Assembly: GCA_964625685.1 (NCBI GenBank) | Contig: CAZVBO010000001.1 | Location: 153,570 to 217,569 of the forward strand | DNA length: 64,000 bases | Direction: 5' to 3' | From: an uncultured Pseudomonadales bacterium | Lineage (GTDB): Bacteria; Patescibacteriota; Microgenomatia; UBA1400; PJMF01 | Shown: one piece after another, positions 47,540 through 58,166 of the stretch | How the letters are laid out: each line of letters starts with the position of its first letter | How positions within the stretch are numbered: the stretch's first letter is position 1 | Program-made: the position numbers and the translations under genes | Notes under the pieces: generated by a model | What the model was told of the DNA's origin: nothing | The model's database searches: none | The model's input: the letters and a program-made list of their open reading frames with translations, nothing else

Positions 47540-48620
47540 CCGAGTGATCTAAATATTGATGGAAAAATCTGACAGTGCGTTGCATCGCCAAACTAAAGTT
47601 TGACCCGGAAATATTGTGACCACCACTGGGATATTCATAAAACTGATGGGGAATATCTGTTTCATCAAGTAACCGATTTAAGTTGCGACTATATTCAATA
47701 TTGACCGTCTCATCATTCACTGCGTGGTGTAATTCAATTGCACCTGAAATATCACTTAAATAGTTGGTAGGAATAATGGGTGACCATAAGGGGTTATCAG
47801 GAGTTACTTCACCTAAAATATCTCGCAAACTTTGCCGGCGTTGTTGACCAGAAGGACTGGCTTGAGAGGGTCGGTCAGCCCAAGGCTGATCAGCCCTGGG
47901 CTGATACGAAGGATCATGAAGGCCATATTCTTGTAAGTCTTGATAGGTGTAACCAGCACCGGCCCAGATCACGACAGCTGGAATATTTGGTTTGACTGCC
48001 CAAGCACGGAAAACCACATTCCCGGCCATACTATGTCCCCACAGCCCAATTTGGGTAGCATTCACAAAATTTGCATTTTGCAATGCACTGTAGGCGTTGA
48101 GTGTGTCAATGATATACCCGGATGAATAATAGGCTCCACTGGGATCACCTTCAGACTCAGCGTGTCCCCGCAAATCAATCTTAAACACCACAAAGCCATT
48201 TCGGGCTAAATAGTCAACATAATCTACATACCTTTCTGTAGTTTCATACTGTTGAGGAGGAATGTAACCGTGCACAAACACAATCGCTGGCCACCCTCCG
48301 TCAGGCATTTCTCCTGTAGGCTGAGTTAACAGGCCATTGATTTTCAATCCTTCTGATTGATAGCTGGTCAAATAGGCTGTGTAATTAGGATGTTGACTTT
48401 GAACAGTTAATTCATCCAATTGACTCTGATAGGTCTTTCCCCTGAGGTAAGGAATCGACATTTCCACAATTGGGAGAGGAGTGGGCATGACTCTTTCTGC
48501 TACCTTAGAAAAAGTTGAGGAAATGGAACCTGAGTTTGAAGAAGGAGATTGAGCAGAGAAATAATACATTCCCATTCCTAAACCAATCACTATAATCAAG
48601 AAAAGAAGTATTTTTTTCAT
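47526..48620 (-). CDS. Alpha/beta hydrolase (S9 peptidase-like)
   Basis: HGY, nucleophile elbow GHSMAG, DETV, GHN. Confidence 0.85.
   Translation of the reverse strand: MKKILLFLIIVIGLGMGMYYFSAQSPSSNSGSISSTFSKVAERVMPTPLPIVEMSIPYLRGKTYQSQLDELTVQSQHPNYTAYLTSYQSEGLKINGLLTQPTGEMPDGGWPAIVFVHGYIPPQQYETTERYVDYVDYLARNGFVVFKIDLRGHAESEGDPSGAYYSSGYIIDTLNAYSALQNANFVNATQIGLWGHSMAGNVVFRAWAVKPNIPAVVIWAGAGYTYQDLQEYGLHDPSYQPRADQPWADRPSQASPSGQQRRQSLRDILGEVTPDNPLWSPIIPTNYLSDISGAIELHHAVNDETVNIEYSRNLNRLLDETDIPHQFYEYPSGGHNISGSNFSLAMQRTVRFFHQYLDHSVRAE
47875..47904. repeat. 30-bp twin-hairpin element, copy 2 (in frame in the hydrolase)
   Basis: TCAGCC-CAA-GGCTGA TCAGCC-CTG-GGCTGA, read as QPRADQPWAD. Confidence 0.8.
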
Positions 48621-49807
48621 AGAAGATTTGTTTTCCAGTAAGGTTGAGAATTGTACTTAGTAGCGGTAGCAAAGGCTTCTACAGCCGCCCCATTTTGATC
48701 CTGTTTTTGTAAAATGAGACCGTTCAGATAATGAAGCTCAGCATAGGCTCGATTGCCACCATTTAAAATTTGATCAGCTAATTGATGAAACTGTTGATAT
48801 TGCTCTAGCTGGTAGTAAGCTAATAGTGGTTCGAGTTGATACCACAAGGCTCGATGAGGTAAACGATCAGCTACTGTTTCATAGGCCATAACTGCATTTT
48901 CATACTGTCCGAGATGATAGTAAGCCACAGACTGATTGAGGCTGGCATAAGCATTTTGGGGATTTTGTTCTAGTTGTTGTTGAGTTTGATTCAAGGCTAT
49001 GTTCCAGGTCTGAGATTCGCTCAGTAAATTTCCTAATGCTTGTTCAACTTGGGCTTGTTTGGCTGGAGTCACTAAGACTAAAAATTCATTATTAAATGGT
49101 TGCCAGAGTTGCTCAAACTGCTGATAGGTATAGGCAATATCTTTGCCCTGATAAGAATCATCCTGAATTAAAATTTGTTGGGTTTGGTCGTAGCCTTTGA
49201 CTACACGGTAATGCCCGATGTCATCATCAGCCGTTAATAAAGTCCGGGTGATAACTGGTAAATCTAATGCGACTAGAGCTTCTAACTGTTCAATAGTCCC
49301 AGCAGGACGATGATAAGCAAGCAAATCGTACTCTTGAGCTTTTGCCGCGAGTTCACTCAGCGACACCGATTTGTCATCATTATCTCCTTGAGGATTTTGG
49401 TAGGGTCGTAAAGCTTGGCCTAATGATTGTTGGGTTTCATCGATGCCAAAATAGGATAAAGCCATCGTCAGAGAGGCTGGTCCGCAATTATTAAAAGTTT
49501 GGAACATTTGTTTGCCACCCGACAAGGTTTTAGAACGTGGAATAACTCTAGGTGATGGAGCTAAGGGAGATGAAAGAGGTTGCGGGGGAGGTTTAGCCGA
49601 ATCTGCCTCAGTTAAGGGAGTGGGACTTGAAAGTGGAGTTGAGGGAGTGAGACGTGTTGATTGCCAAAAAGTCCAACTAATCCCTAAGCCTATGATAATC
49701 AAGCCAATTCCTCCTAACGGGAGTAACCAGTGAACTCTGCTTTTTGATACAGAAGAACCTGCTGATTGAGTTTGATTTTCTAGTTGAATTGGAGGGTCAT
49801 TTTCCAT
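48617..49807 (-). CDS. C39-like peptidase with TPRs
   Basis: QTFNNCGPASL, GHYRVVKGYD, DSY; C-terminal TPRs. Confidence 0.8.
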   Translation of the reverse strand: MENDPPIQLENQTQSAGSSVSKSRVHWLLPLGGIGLIIIGLGISWTFWQSTRLTPSTPLSSPTPLTEADSAKPPPQPLSSPLAPSPRVIPRSKTLSGGKQMFQTFNNCGPASLTMALSYFGIDETQQSLGQALRPYQNPQGDNDDKSVSLSELAAKAQEYDLLAYHRPAGTIEQLEALVALDLPVITRTLLTADDDIGHYRVVKGYDQTQQILIQDDSYQGKDIAYTYQQFEQLWQPFNNEFLVLVTPAKQAQVEQALGNLLSESQTWNIALNQTQQQLEQNPQNAYASLNQSVAYYHLGQYENAVMAYETVADRLPHRALWYQLEPLLAYYQLEQYQQFHQLADQILNGGNRAYAELHYLNGLILQKQDQNGAAVEAFATATKYNSQPYWKTNLL

Positions 49808-49915
49808 TCAGGACATGATATCAGAAATGCAGTCTAAAAGATTCAGAAATGCGTAAGGAATTACAAAAAGTAATAAATACTTTACATTTTGTAAAAAATA
49901 GTATACAATTCCTGT

Positions 49916-50308
49916 ATGAAAAAAATAAACGTGAGTTCAACCTCTTATAAAACAATTCGGATTATTGTATCGATGTATGTGGCAGCTGTAGTTTCATCAG
50001 CAGTGGTGTCAGAAAATTTCATGTTGGCTTTGGCAGGTGTCATTAGTGGCATGTTAGTAATCTGGTTGGCCAAGAAACGAACCAAAACCATTACTGCAGA
50101 CGAAATGATTTTGACTGTATCGGGCAAGGCAGCTCGGATTACCTATTCTCTGACTACTATTTCTTTAGCCTTAGTTTCAGTCTTGCTGATGTTTTTAGCT
50201 AAAGAACCTTTTCCCAAAGCCTTAGGAATTATCTTTAGTTATTTGGCGTTGGCCATGATGGTGGTGTATTCAATTCTGTATAAATACTTGATGAAACAAC
50301 AATCATAA
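49916..50308 (+). CDS. DUF2178-like membrane protein
   Basis: DE...SGKAAR motif, 4 TMs, upstream of an XRE regulator. Confidence 0.65.
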   Translation: MKKINVSSTSYKTIRIIVSMYVAAVVSSAVVSENFMLALAGVISGMLVIWLAKKRTKTITADEMILTVSGKAARITYSLTTISLALVSVLLMFLAKEPFPKALGIIFSYLALAMMVVYSILYKYLMKQQS

Positions 50309-50313
50309 TCTGT

Positions 50314-50508
50314 ATGACGAACACGATTCGAATTTTACGAGCGGAAAAAGGGATGACTCAAGAAGATTTAGCCAATCGAGTGGGAGTGACTCGCCAGACC
50401 ATTCTGGCAATCGAAAAGAATAAATATGTGCCATCACTGGAACTTGCCTTTAAAATTGCTCGACTCTTTCATAAAAATGTAGAGGAGGTTTTTGAGTATG
50501 AAAAATAA
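50314..50508 (+). CDS. XRE-family transcriptional regulator
   Basis: MTQEDLA..VGVTRQTI.AIE..KY.PSLELA. Confidence 0.92.
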   Translation: MTNTIRILRAEKGMTQEDLANRVGVTRQTILAIEKNKYVPSLELAFKIARLFHKNVEEVFEYEK

Positions 50509-50872
50509 TTTTTTATTTTTGATAGGAATAGGTATTTTTTCGTTCTTTATACTGTTTATAGCGAGTACGACTTGGATTGAAATGGCAGTAGAAGAAAATT
50601 GCAAAGAAGCGGTTTCAGTGTATGGAGGTGACTGTGTAGAAGCGTTGTCGGCAGAAGTTACTGATGAACAGGCTTCTTTTCATGATCGAAATGATGCCAC
50701 TTGGTCTTTGGGTCAGCTCGGTGACAAACGGGCTTTGCCAGTTTTAGAATCACTCCAAAATGGTGATGAAACTCAGACCAAATATAATACTCAACTTTCA
50801 CAATATGAATTGAAGAAAGCCATAAATTTATTAAAATCTGGATTCAATTTAACAAGACCTTTTCGCTGGTAG
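50498..50872 (+). CDS. HEAT-repeat-like membrane-anchored protein
   Basis: RNDATWSLGQLGDKRALPVL. Confidence 0.6.
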   Translation: MKNNFLFLIGIGIFSFFILFIASTTWIEMAVEENCKEAVSVYGGDCVEALSAEVTDEQASFHDRNDATWSLGQLGDKRALPVLESLQNGDETQTKYNTQLSQYELKKAINLLKSGFNLTRPFRW

Positions 50873-50912
50873 CACAATTGTTTTATGTTAAGGAATAGTT
50901 TACGATTAAAGT

Positions 50913-51482
50913 ATGACCTTTCTGGTAGGAGTACTATTTCTCGGACTGTTGGCAATTATTCTTTATTTAGCTCATCAAAGTGTTCAAGTTGTAAGCCAAT
51001 TATCACCTGTTGATGACTTGCAACCCATTGATGAACTTGAGACTCAGTGGAGTGAGTTCTATGGCAAAAGAGACTACATGATGTCTCAGGCAGAACACAC
51101 TTTATTTTACTTACTTTGTCAGTTATATGCCGATCAGTACTTCATTTTTCCTCAAGTAAAATTAGATAAAATTTTTTATGTTAAATCTCCTTTTAAATAC
51201 CAACATCAATATCTGAATCATATTGATCGAAAGTCAGTTGATTTTTTATTGTGTCAGAAAAATCCAGTTAGACCTGTGGTGGCGATTGAACTAGATGATC
51301 ATTCTCATCAAACTGAAAAGAGGAAAGCCAGAGATAAATTTGTAGAGGCTTTATTTTCTACCACTCAACTACCTTTGGTTCGTATTCCTTGTCAACCAGT
51401 TTATGCTTTAGAAGCATTAAAAGAATGTATTGATCCGAGTTTGAGTTTATGTCAATCGGAAGTAACAATTAGAGATTACTAA
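50913..51482 (+). CDS. DUF2726 domain protein
   Basis: IFPQV, SVDFLL, AIELDDHSH..RKARD. Confidence 0.85.
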   Translation: MTFLVGVLFLGLLAIILYLAHQSVQVVSQLSPVDDLQPIDELETQWSEFYGKRDYMMSQAEHTLFYLLCQLYADQYFIFPQVKLDKIFYVKSPFKYQHQYLNHIDRKSVDFLLCQKNPVRPVVAIELDDHSHQTEKRKARDKFVEALFSTTQLPLVRIPCQPVYALEALKECIDPSLSLCQSEVTIRDY

Positions 51483-51702
51483 AATCTTCTTCTGGAATGT
51501 CAAAGTTTTCTAACTCAGTATTAATCGTATTAATATCGGTTGAGTCGGAGACATCTTGTTGCAGGACAGGATCACTACCCGTGGGTTGAATTTCGTCGGT
51601 TTGCATCATTGATGCATCTTCAGGTTTAGGTTGGTTGAGAGAGCATCCGGTTAAGATCAAGCCAGAAGCTAAGATGATCCCCAAGAAAGTAAGTTTTTTC
51701 AT
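51469..51702 (-). CDS. Small lipoprotein-like protein
   Basis: Lipobox LTGC after a hydrophobic signal. Confidence 0.6.
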   Translation of the reverse strand: MKKLTFLGIILASGLILTGCSLNQPKPEDASMMQTDEIQPTGSDPVLQQDVSDSTDINTINTELENFDIPEEDFSNL

Positions 51703-51711
51703 AAAGTTCCT

Positions 51712-52296
51712 TTATTGAGCTGCTTGAATAAGAGTTGTTGTAGCACTGCGAAGACTTTGAAGTGCGCTTTGAAAATCGGCTCGAGCTGCCATTGCTAAAT
51801 CTCGGGCAGCTAGAGCCTGGTCTCGTTGTTCCTCATATTTGTCGGGATCAACGGCTTCAAATTGAGCTACTGCTTTTGCCCCTTTGTCACTGGCACTCGC
51901 AATCAAACTTCGAGCAGTGGCGATGTCAGCTTTAGCTTCACTGGTATCTGTCCCATTTTGTGACATCTCTGCTATCTTGGCATCAAGTCGATCAGCAAAT
52001 TTGGTGAGTGAATCAGTATAGTATTGAAATCTTCTCTCTAACCGGTAGGCATGACTTTGGGCAATCGTAGACCGTCGCTGTTGCATAGTATCTTGAACAT
52101 TGTCTCGCATCTCTTGCCGGTTTTCTTGGATATCAGTTCGTGTTTCTTGTCTGTCTTGTTGAAGTTCTTCTCTATTTTCTATTCTTTGATCCACTCGTTC
52201 TTGGCGAGGGGTTTGAGCAGCAGTAGTTAGGGGGAGTAATAGGGAGCTTGCCAGCAAGGTGCTAACTACCCCTAAGGTTAGAGAAAGTTTTGGCAT
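51712..52296 (-). CDS. Secreted coiled-coil protein
   Basis: Signal peptide, Q/E/R-rich helices. Confidence 0.6.
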   Translation of the reverse strand: MPKLSLTLGVVSTLLASSLLLPLTTAAQTPRQERVDQRIENREELQQDRQETRTDIQENRQEMRDNVQDTMQQRRSTIAQSHAYRLERRFQYYTDSLTKFADRLDAKIAEMSQNGTDTSEAKADIATARSLIASASDKGAKAVAQFEAVDPDKYEEQRDQALAARDLAMAARADFQSALQSLRSATTTLIQAAQ

Positions 52297-52457
52297 ACGT
52301 CCTTTCGGGTTATTTTATAAATATCTCAATTCTTCCTGAGTTTCAACTGAGATTAGAATGACTCCTTCTTTTCTTTTCAACATAAAAAATGAGTTAGAGT
52401 TGTGTAAGGATTGATTTACAGCTGACATTTATAATTAATTTTTATCATAATAGAGAT

Positions 52458-53471
52458 ATGATTTCGAAAGTAATTGGCACCTGTGTGGCTGGAGCGGCGG
52501 TAGCCGGAACTATGTATTGGAACCATTGGTCGGCTCGTCATGGTGATGTAGTAGCACCTACTCCAGATACATCTGATGAAGTAACTGAAACGAGTCCTTC
52601 GCCCTCGCCTTTTCCGACTCCCACACCGGTAACTGATCTAAAATGGGGGGCCTATGTAGGTTGGCAGGAAGGAGCCTTAGCCCAATTTGAATCTTTAGTA
52701 GGCAAGCCAGTCGACATGGTGGCTGATTTTGTTCATTGGGGGAATGAACGTGATTTTCCAATGCAGTATGCAGAAATTGCCCGGGATCAGGAGAAGGTTC
52801 TAGTGATCTATTGGGAAGTAAAAGACTATAATTTTGAGGGACCGAATGATCCTCGTTTTAGTTATGATGCTATTTTAGCTGGAAATTGGGATAGCTATAT
52901 TGATCAGTTTGCGGCAGATGCGGCTGTTTATGATGGACCAGTAATTTTACTACCATTTAATGAAATGAATGATAATGTTTCTCCGTGGAGTGGTACCCAA
53001 AATGGCAATTCTCCGGAAAAACATATCTTAGCCTTTCGTTATTTGAGAGATCGATTTCGCACTGTAGCCCCCAATGTTAAGTTTGGGTGGGCAGTGAACA
53101 GTTTATCAGTGCCTGATGAGCCGGGTAATAAGATTGAGGAATATTATCCTGGTTCTGAGTATGTTGATTATGTAGGAGTGGATGGTTTTAATTTTGGTGA
53201 TCCGTGGCAATCTTTTGATGAGGTTTTCGCTCCGGCTTTATCAGTCTTAGTTCAGTATCAAAAACCGATTTATCTTTTTTCGATGGGATCACGAGATGGG
53301 AGTCAAAAAGCCGAGTGGATCAGAGAAGGTTTAGGTCAAGCGGTCCATCACTACCCGGTTTCTGGATGGATTTGGTTTAATGAGAATAAGAGTGAGAATG
53401 GGGAGTATGATTGGCGGGTGAATTCTGATCCGGCTTCATTAAATGCGTTTAGAGAAGTGATTCCGGAGTAA
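52458..53471 (+). CDS. GH26 glycoside hydrolase
   Basis: FNEMN, YYPGSEYVDYVGVDGFN, WFN; usual nucleophile Glu position reads KPIYLFS. Confidence 0.8.
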   Translation: MISKVIGTCVAGAAVAGTMYWNHWSARHGDVVAPTPDTSDEVTETSPSPSPFPTPTPVTDLKWGAYVGWQEGALAQFESLVGKPVDMVADFVHWGNERDFPMQYAEIARDQEKVLVIYWEVKDYNFEGPNDPRFSYDAILAGNWDSYIDQFAADAAVYDGPVILLPFNEMNDNVSPWSGTQNGNSPEKHILAFRYLRDRFRTVAPNVKFGWAVNSLSVPDEPGNKIEEYYPGSEYVDYVGVDGFNFGDPWQSFDEVFAPALSVLVQYQKPIYLFSMGSRDGSQKAEWIREGLGQAVHHYPVSGWIWFNENKSENGEYDWRVNSDPASLNAFREVIPE

Positions 53472-53490
53472 ATGGGAAGTCACAGTCTTC

Positions 53491-53580
53491 GTCATCCTCG
53501 CGCCTGCCTGCGCAGGCAGGAATGCGGTGATCTGGAATGGCACAACCAATTTTCCAGATTCCCGTGTACACGGGAATGAC
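53491..53580. repeat. dRS3/RPE-like repeat pair with a nested 18-bp palindrome (53503-53520)
   Basis: gtcatcctcgcg[cctgcctgcgcaggcagg]aatgcggtgatctgg ... ccagattcccgtgtacacgggaatgac. Confidence 0.85.
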
Positions 53581-53658
53581 AAGCAAATGAGGTTTTACTT
53601 GTGGGTTTTATTTTCTTACTTGCATCAGTTTTGCTGTAAGTAACATAAGCGAGTAGTT

Positions 53659-55457
53659 TTAAAACAAGGCAATTCCCTCAGTTACTGTTTTAACAGGTAC
53701 ACTACTGGCATTGAGGTAATCGACTATATTTTGCAACATACCGGGTGTAGTCCCATAATCACTGTCGCTGGTATCTACTTGATGAAAGGTGAGGATCAAC
53801 CAGGTGTGATTGGCTTTGGCAGTGTCAATCCAGGATTTAACTTCATCCAAGGTAGTGGTGGACTCAATATTTTGAGTCAGTAAGCCATAACGGTCGGTTG
53901 ATTTAGTGTTATAACCTACTTGGACAGTTCGGGCTGAGGTTAAACCTGAGTCTTGGGCGAACTGTTCAATTTGAGCATTATAGTCTCCATAAGGATAGGC
54001 GAGGCTACGAATTTGACTAATACCAATTTGAGTTAAGTCTAAATTAGCTCCGCTAATCTGTTCTTGGGCGGCGCTGGGCTCAATCGAGATGAGGGAAGGG
54101 TGAGTTTCGGTATGATTTCCAATCTCGTGACCTGCTGTTTGCATGGCTAAAATTTGATCTTTAGTCACATAGGTGTTAATACCGAGTGAAGCGTTATCAA
54201 GAGTGAGATAGCCTACCGAATCAAGCAAGTGGAAAACAGTCACTGACTTGGCATCAACTGGCACATAGAAAGTTCCAGTGAAATCTGCCCAAGTAGCTGA
54301 GGCCTGAGCAGTGCCAACATCATCATAGTAGACAGTGTTATCAGTTCGGGTAATCTGCACTACGACTCGGGTTTCGGTGTCACTTTGATATTGATCACTG
54401 AAAGTGTAGATTTGATCAACCAGAACTGGGACATCAGCAAAGTACCACTTAGCGTCTCCATCGGTCCAACTTGACATTTCGACTTTGACCGCCTTAGAGT
54501 CACTGACTCCGGTGACTGGATAAGAGAAAGTGGCAGTGTTGGTTCCCCAATTACCGGTAAACCAATCGTCGGGTTGGTTATTACTATCGGCATCAATCTC
54601 CAATTCATTATTTTCCGGATTGGCATATTGATTGAGTTTGGTCACGATGTAAAAGGTTCCTTTAACTCCAGCATTGTTGAGAATGGGCATAACTTCTTCA
54701 TAGTGGGACAACCACCATCATCAAAGGTCAGTGAGACAAAGCCTTCATCGAATGTATCTGCACTAGGACTCGGGCTGGGTTCTACTGACGGGCTAGGAGT
54801 TGGCTCTAGACTGGGAGAGGGTGAAGGTTCGGGAGTTGGTTCAACCGAAGGGCTAGGAGTTGGTGAGGGGCTGGGAAAAGGAGTTGGAGATGGTTCTGGT
54901 TCTGATACTGAAGAAAGTGAGTAGTTATCAACTACTAAGGTGCCTTTGGTACTCAACACATGAAGCATAGTCATCGAGACTGTCCCTGCAGGTGGAGTAA
55001 AGTTTACGGTGGTTGTTTGCCAGGTTGAAGATCTAGGGAGAGCTTGTAATTGAACATACACTAATTGCCCATTACTTTTTCGGTATTGAGCGATGATGTA
55101 AGTTCTAGCTGTTGAAGTATAGCTATCTTGAAATACGTACTCCTCACCTGGATTAACGGGCACATCTTGAAATTGCCACTTCGCATCTCCACTACGATAG
55201 CTAGTGATTTTGACTTGAGCAGCTTTTTGCCCGTTCACTCCAGCCACAGGGTAGGTGAAAGAAGCATTGTTACTCCCCCATTTGTCTTTAATCCAAAAGT
55301 CAGGATTATTATCAAAATTGGCATCTACTTCAAAAGAAGGATTGAGGATGGCATTGTTGCCTTCAGCTAAAGCATGACTACTAAAGATTCTTCCCAGAGC
55401 CAATAATGATAAAAAGAAGAATGATACTAGTGGCATGATTTTAATGGGGTTCTTCAT
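53659..55457 (-). pseudogene. Polysaccharide deacetylase (CE4) with two CBM-like domains, frameshifted at ~54712
   Basis: LTFDDG joins (W)LSHYE if one base is added; HEIGNHTETH, AYPYG, LTFH; two related CBM-like repeats and a PS/PT linker. Confidence 0.8.
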
Positions 55458-56004
55458 ATAAAAGGTGGGCTGGTGTTTCAGCACAAGAAGCCAGTTCTTG
55501 GCTATATTTACTTTGTAGTGAATGTAAGATTTGCAAATTCTGTTCAGCCGAACCGCTATAATTTTCGATTCCCATACTCTGAGCCAAAGCAACTCTAGAT
55601 TCAAAGTTAGCTTTTTCTCCAAGAGTTTTTAGATAGTTCACCACCGAATTAGTTTTTTGAAGAACTTGAAGTTGGTCATAGAGCTCACAATTGATATCAG
55701 TTATGCCTAAAACCACACTTGAATTTACAACTTCTGGATCTTGCTGAGTGTTATCGGCTAAAGTTGAAAACTTATCTGGTGAAACTTGAAGTTCGGACTG
55801 AGCTGGTAACTGAGATTGGCTTGCTAAGAACTTGCTTTGATTTTTCACTTCTTGGACTTCCTGATTCAATTCATGAATTTCACTCGCTAATAAAATAGGT
55901 GAAGAATGCTTTTCGGTGACAACAGCATAAACAATACTACTCGCACTTGGTAAAATAACCAGGGAAACTAACGAGACGATGGTGAGACCATGATGATATT
56001 TCAT
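55441..56004 (-). CDS. Secreted protein with DUF3597-like domain
   Basis: SVVNYLK..G..ANFESRVALA...GI.NYSGSAEQN. Confidence 0.6.
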   Translation of the reverse strand: MKYHHGLTIVSLVSLVILPSASSIVYAVVTEKHSSPILLASEIHELNQEVQEVKNQSKFLASQSQLPAQSELQVSPDKFSTLADNTQQDPEVVNSSVVLGITDINCELYDQLQVLQKTNSVVNYLKTLGEKANFESRVALAQSMGIENYSGSAEQNLQILHSLQSKYSQELASCAETPAHLLYEEPH

Positions 56005-56109
56005 AAATCTAGAATTTTATCCGATGTAAATACATTTTTACTTTATGTGAGGCAATAATAGCCAGGTGAATTACTACGGAAAATCCAAATAAAGGCATGA
56101 ATGGCATAA

Positions 56110-57136
56110 TTAGACGTACTCCATATGTTTTCTCTCTGGTTTAAACCATTGTAAGGTTCTTTTTTTCCAGAGTGCTTCTACTACAAACTGTTCTAAGAAA
56201 ATGTAGGCGTTCACATAGAGTAAGAACATACAAGGAATGGGAACGAGGATAAGATCCCACCGTTTGGCTTTATGAGCTGCCCAGACACCAAACACAAAAG
56301 CAGCGAGCATGTAGCTTAACAGTAACCAAATTCCTAACCAGATATTTAAAATGGGAACAATAAACATCAAAATGGAAAAAGTCACCCCTTCGACATAGAT
56401 GAGTGAAAGCTCAAACGCTTTGACGGGATGTTCAATGATGTGGTGGTGTTTGAGTAAGTTTTGCCAGCCACCTCCATACCAACGACGCATTTGATTAATA
56501 TAAGAAGAAAGAGTACTGGGGTCTTGAGTATAGGAAATGATTCGGCGATCATAAATAATTTTGAGACGCTTGTGATGGAGTTTATAGGTAAAGTCTAAAT
56601 CTTCAGTAATCGTATCGTGATCAAAGCTAATATGATCTTTGAAGGCTTGAGTTCGAAAGGCACTGGCTGCACCCGGCATCACAAACATGTAATTCAAATA
56701 GCTTTGAGCCAACTTATGAATATTTTGTCCTATGGTGTATTCAAAGGCTCGACACAGAGTTAACCAGTTATAGGGAAGACTAGATACGTAACCAGAAACA
56801 GCGACCACACTTTTTTCTGCAAAATCTTTGGCGATAAGTTCACCAAATCGATGGTCTAGAATGGTATCCGCATCGGTAGTAACGACAACGTCTCCAGTTA
56901 CAAACTGCAATCCATATTCTTGAGCATGACTTTTATTACCAGTATTTTGGGGAGTTTTTTAACAACTATTTTTTTTGTTGAGCATACTTACGTAAAATCT
57001 TGGCCGTTCCATCAGTTGAAGAGTCATTGACGAAGACCAACTGGTCAAATGGTCGGGTTTGATGAAGGCACGATTGAATACAAGCTTCGACCGTTTGTTC
57101 TTCATTATAGACCGGTACGAGAATCGAAATTTCCAT
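56110..57136 (-). pseudogene. Processive GT2 (PgaC/IcaA/cellulose synthase-like), broken at A-runs near 56955-56976
   Basis: VPVYNEE, NDSSTD, then TDAD, TEDLD, QMRRW. Adding one A to each of two A-runs restores QQKKIVVKKTPQNTGNKS. Confidence 0.75.
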
Positions 57137-57299
57137 AAATAAAAGTAGTAAATTTGGTGTATCTACAGGCAAATATAGGTTCTCACGGAAACAAATGTGT
57201 GTCAATTACACATCAATCTTTTGGACAGGTTTTTATTACAATTTTTTGTCGCTTTAATTGGTGAAAGTATAATTACGGAAGTAATCTTTGCAAAAATGT

Positions 57300-58163
57300 T
57301 TAGGTAAATTCAGCTAAACTCGGTTCAATGTTGACTGTTGGCGTCCATTGGTTGATCAAAGTATTAGTTTGAAATTGAGGTAAGTGTTGGTGATACGGTA
57401 CTGATTCTGGATTTTGATAAAAAATTCCTAGCGGAAATTTTTCAGTTTCTAAGGAACGAGTCAAAGCGGCCATTTTATCTTGAGGATTATGATTAACTTC
57501 GGTTAAATCGTAAATTCTTTCGGCAAACCAAGGATGGGTATGATCTTTATTAAAGGTTGGACACAACTGCATAACGTCTACCAAAGCAAAGCCTGAATGG
57601 GTAATAGCAGCTTTCATTAATTGAAGTAATTGTGGAATTTTGGCACTATACCCACGAGAGACAAAACTGGCATTGGCTGCTAGAGCCATATGAATTGGAT
57701 TAAATGGAGTATCAATTACCCCAAACGGAGTGGATTTAGTTTTCGTACCTTCATCGGTAGTAGGTGAACTTTGACCCGTAGTTAAACTGTATCGTTCATT
57801 ATTATGAATAATTAAAGTCAAGTCATGATTCCCCCGAGCTACAGATAAAAAGTGACTTAAGCCTTCACCATACATATCACCGTCACCTGCAATCACAATA
57901 ATTTTCAGATTATGATTGGCTAGCTTAGCTCCCAAAGCACTGGCCAAAGCTCGACCATGAAGTCCATGGAAGCCATAGCAGGTGTTAAAGTCAGCCATAT
58001 TGCCGCTACAACCAATCCCATAAAAGATAACCGTATTCTCAGCTTCCAACTCCAGTTCCGTAATCGCCTTTTGTAAAGTGTTGAGAATTAAAAAATCACC
58101 GCAACCTGGGCACCAGGTTGGAGCAATGGGTGATTTAATAGAAGCGGCAGTAAAACAAGACAT
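57300..58163 (-). CDS. korB: 2-oxoacid:ferredoxin oxidoreductase beta subunit
   Basis: WCPGCG, GIGCS, LHGRA, GDGD, YSLTTGQSSPT. Confidence 0.92.
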   Translation of the reverse strand: MSCFTAASIKSPIAPTWCPGCGDFLILNTLQKAITELELEAENTVIFYGIGCSGNMADFNTCYGFHGLHGRALASALGAKLANHNLKIIVIAGDGDMYGEGLSHFLSVARGNHDLTLIIHNNERYSLTTGQSSPTTDEGTKTKSTPFGVIDTPFNPIHMALAANASFVSRGYSAKIPQLLQLMKAAITHSGFALVDVMQLCPTFNKDHTHPWFAERIYDLTEVNHNPQDKMAALTRSLETEKFPLGIFYQNPESVPYHQHLPQFQTNTLINQWTPTVNIEPSLAEFT

Positions 58164-58166
58164 AGA

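Noticed and set aside
54760-54905. Tandem-like repeats in the deacetylase gene
   Set aside because: They encode an ordinary Pro/Ser/Thr linker.
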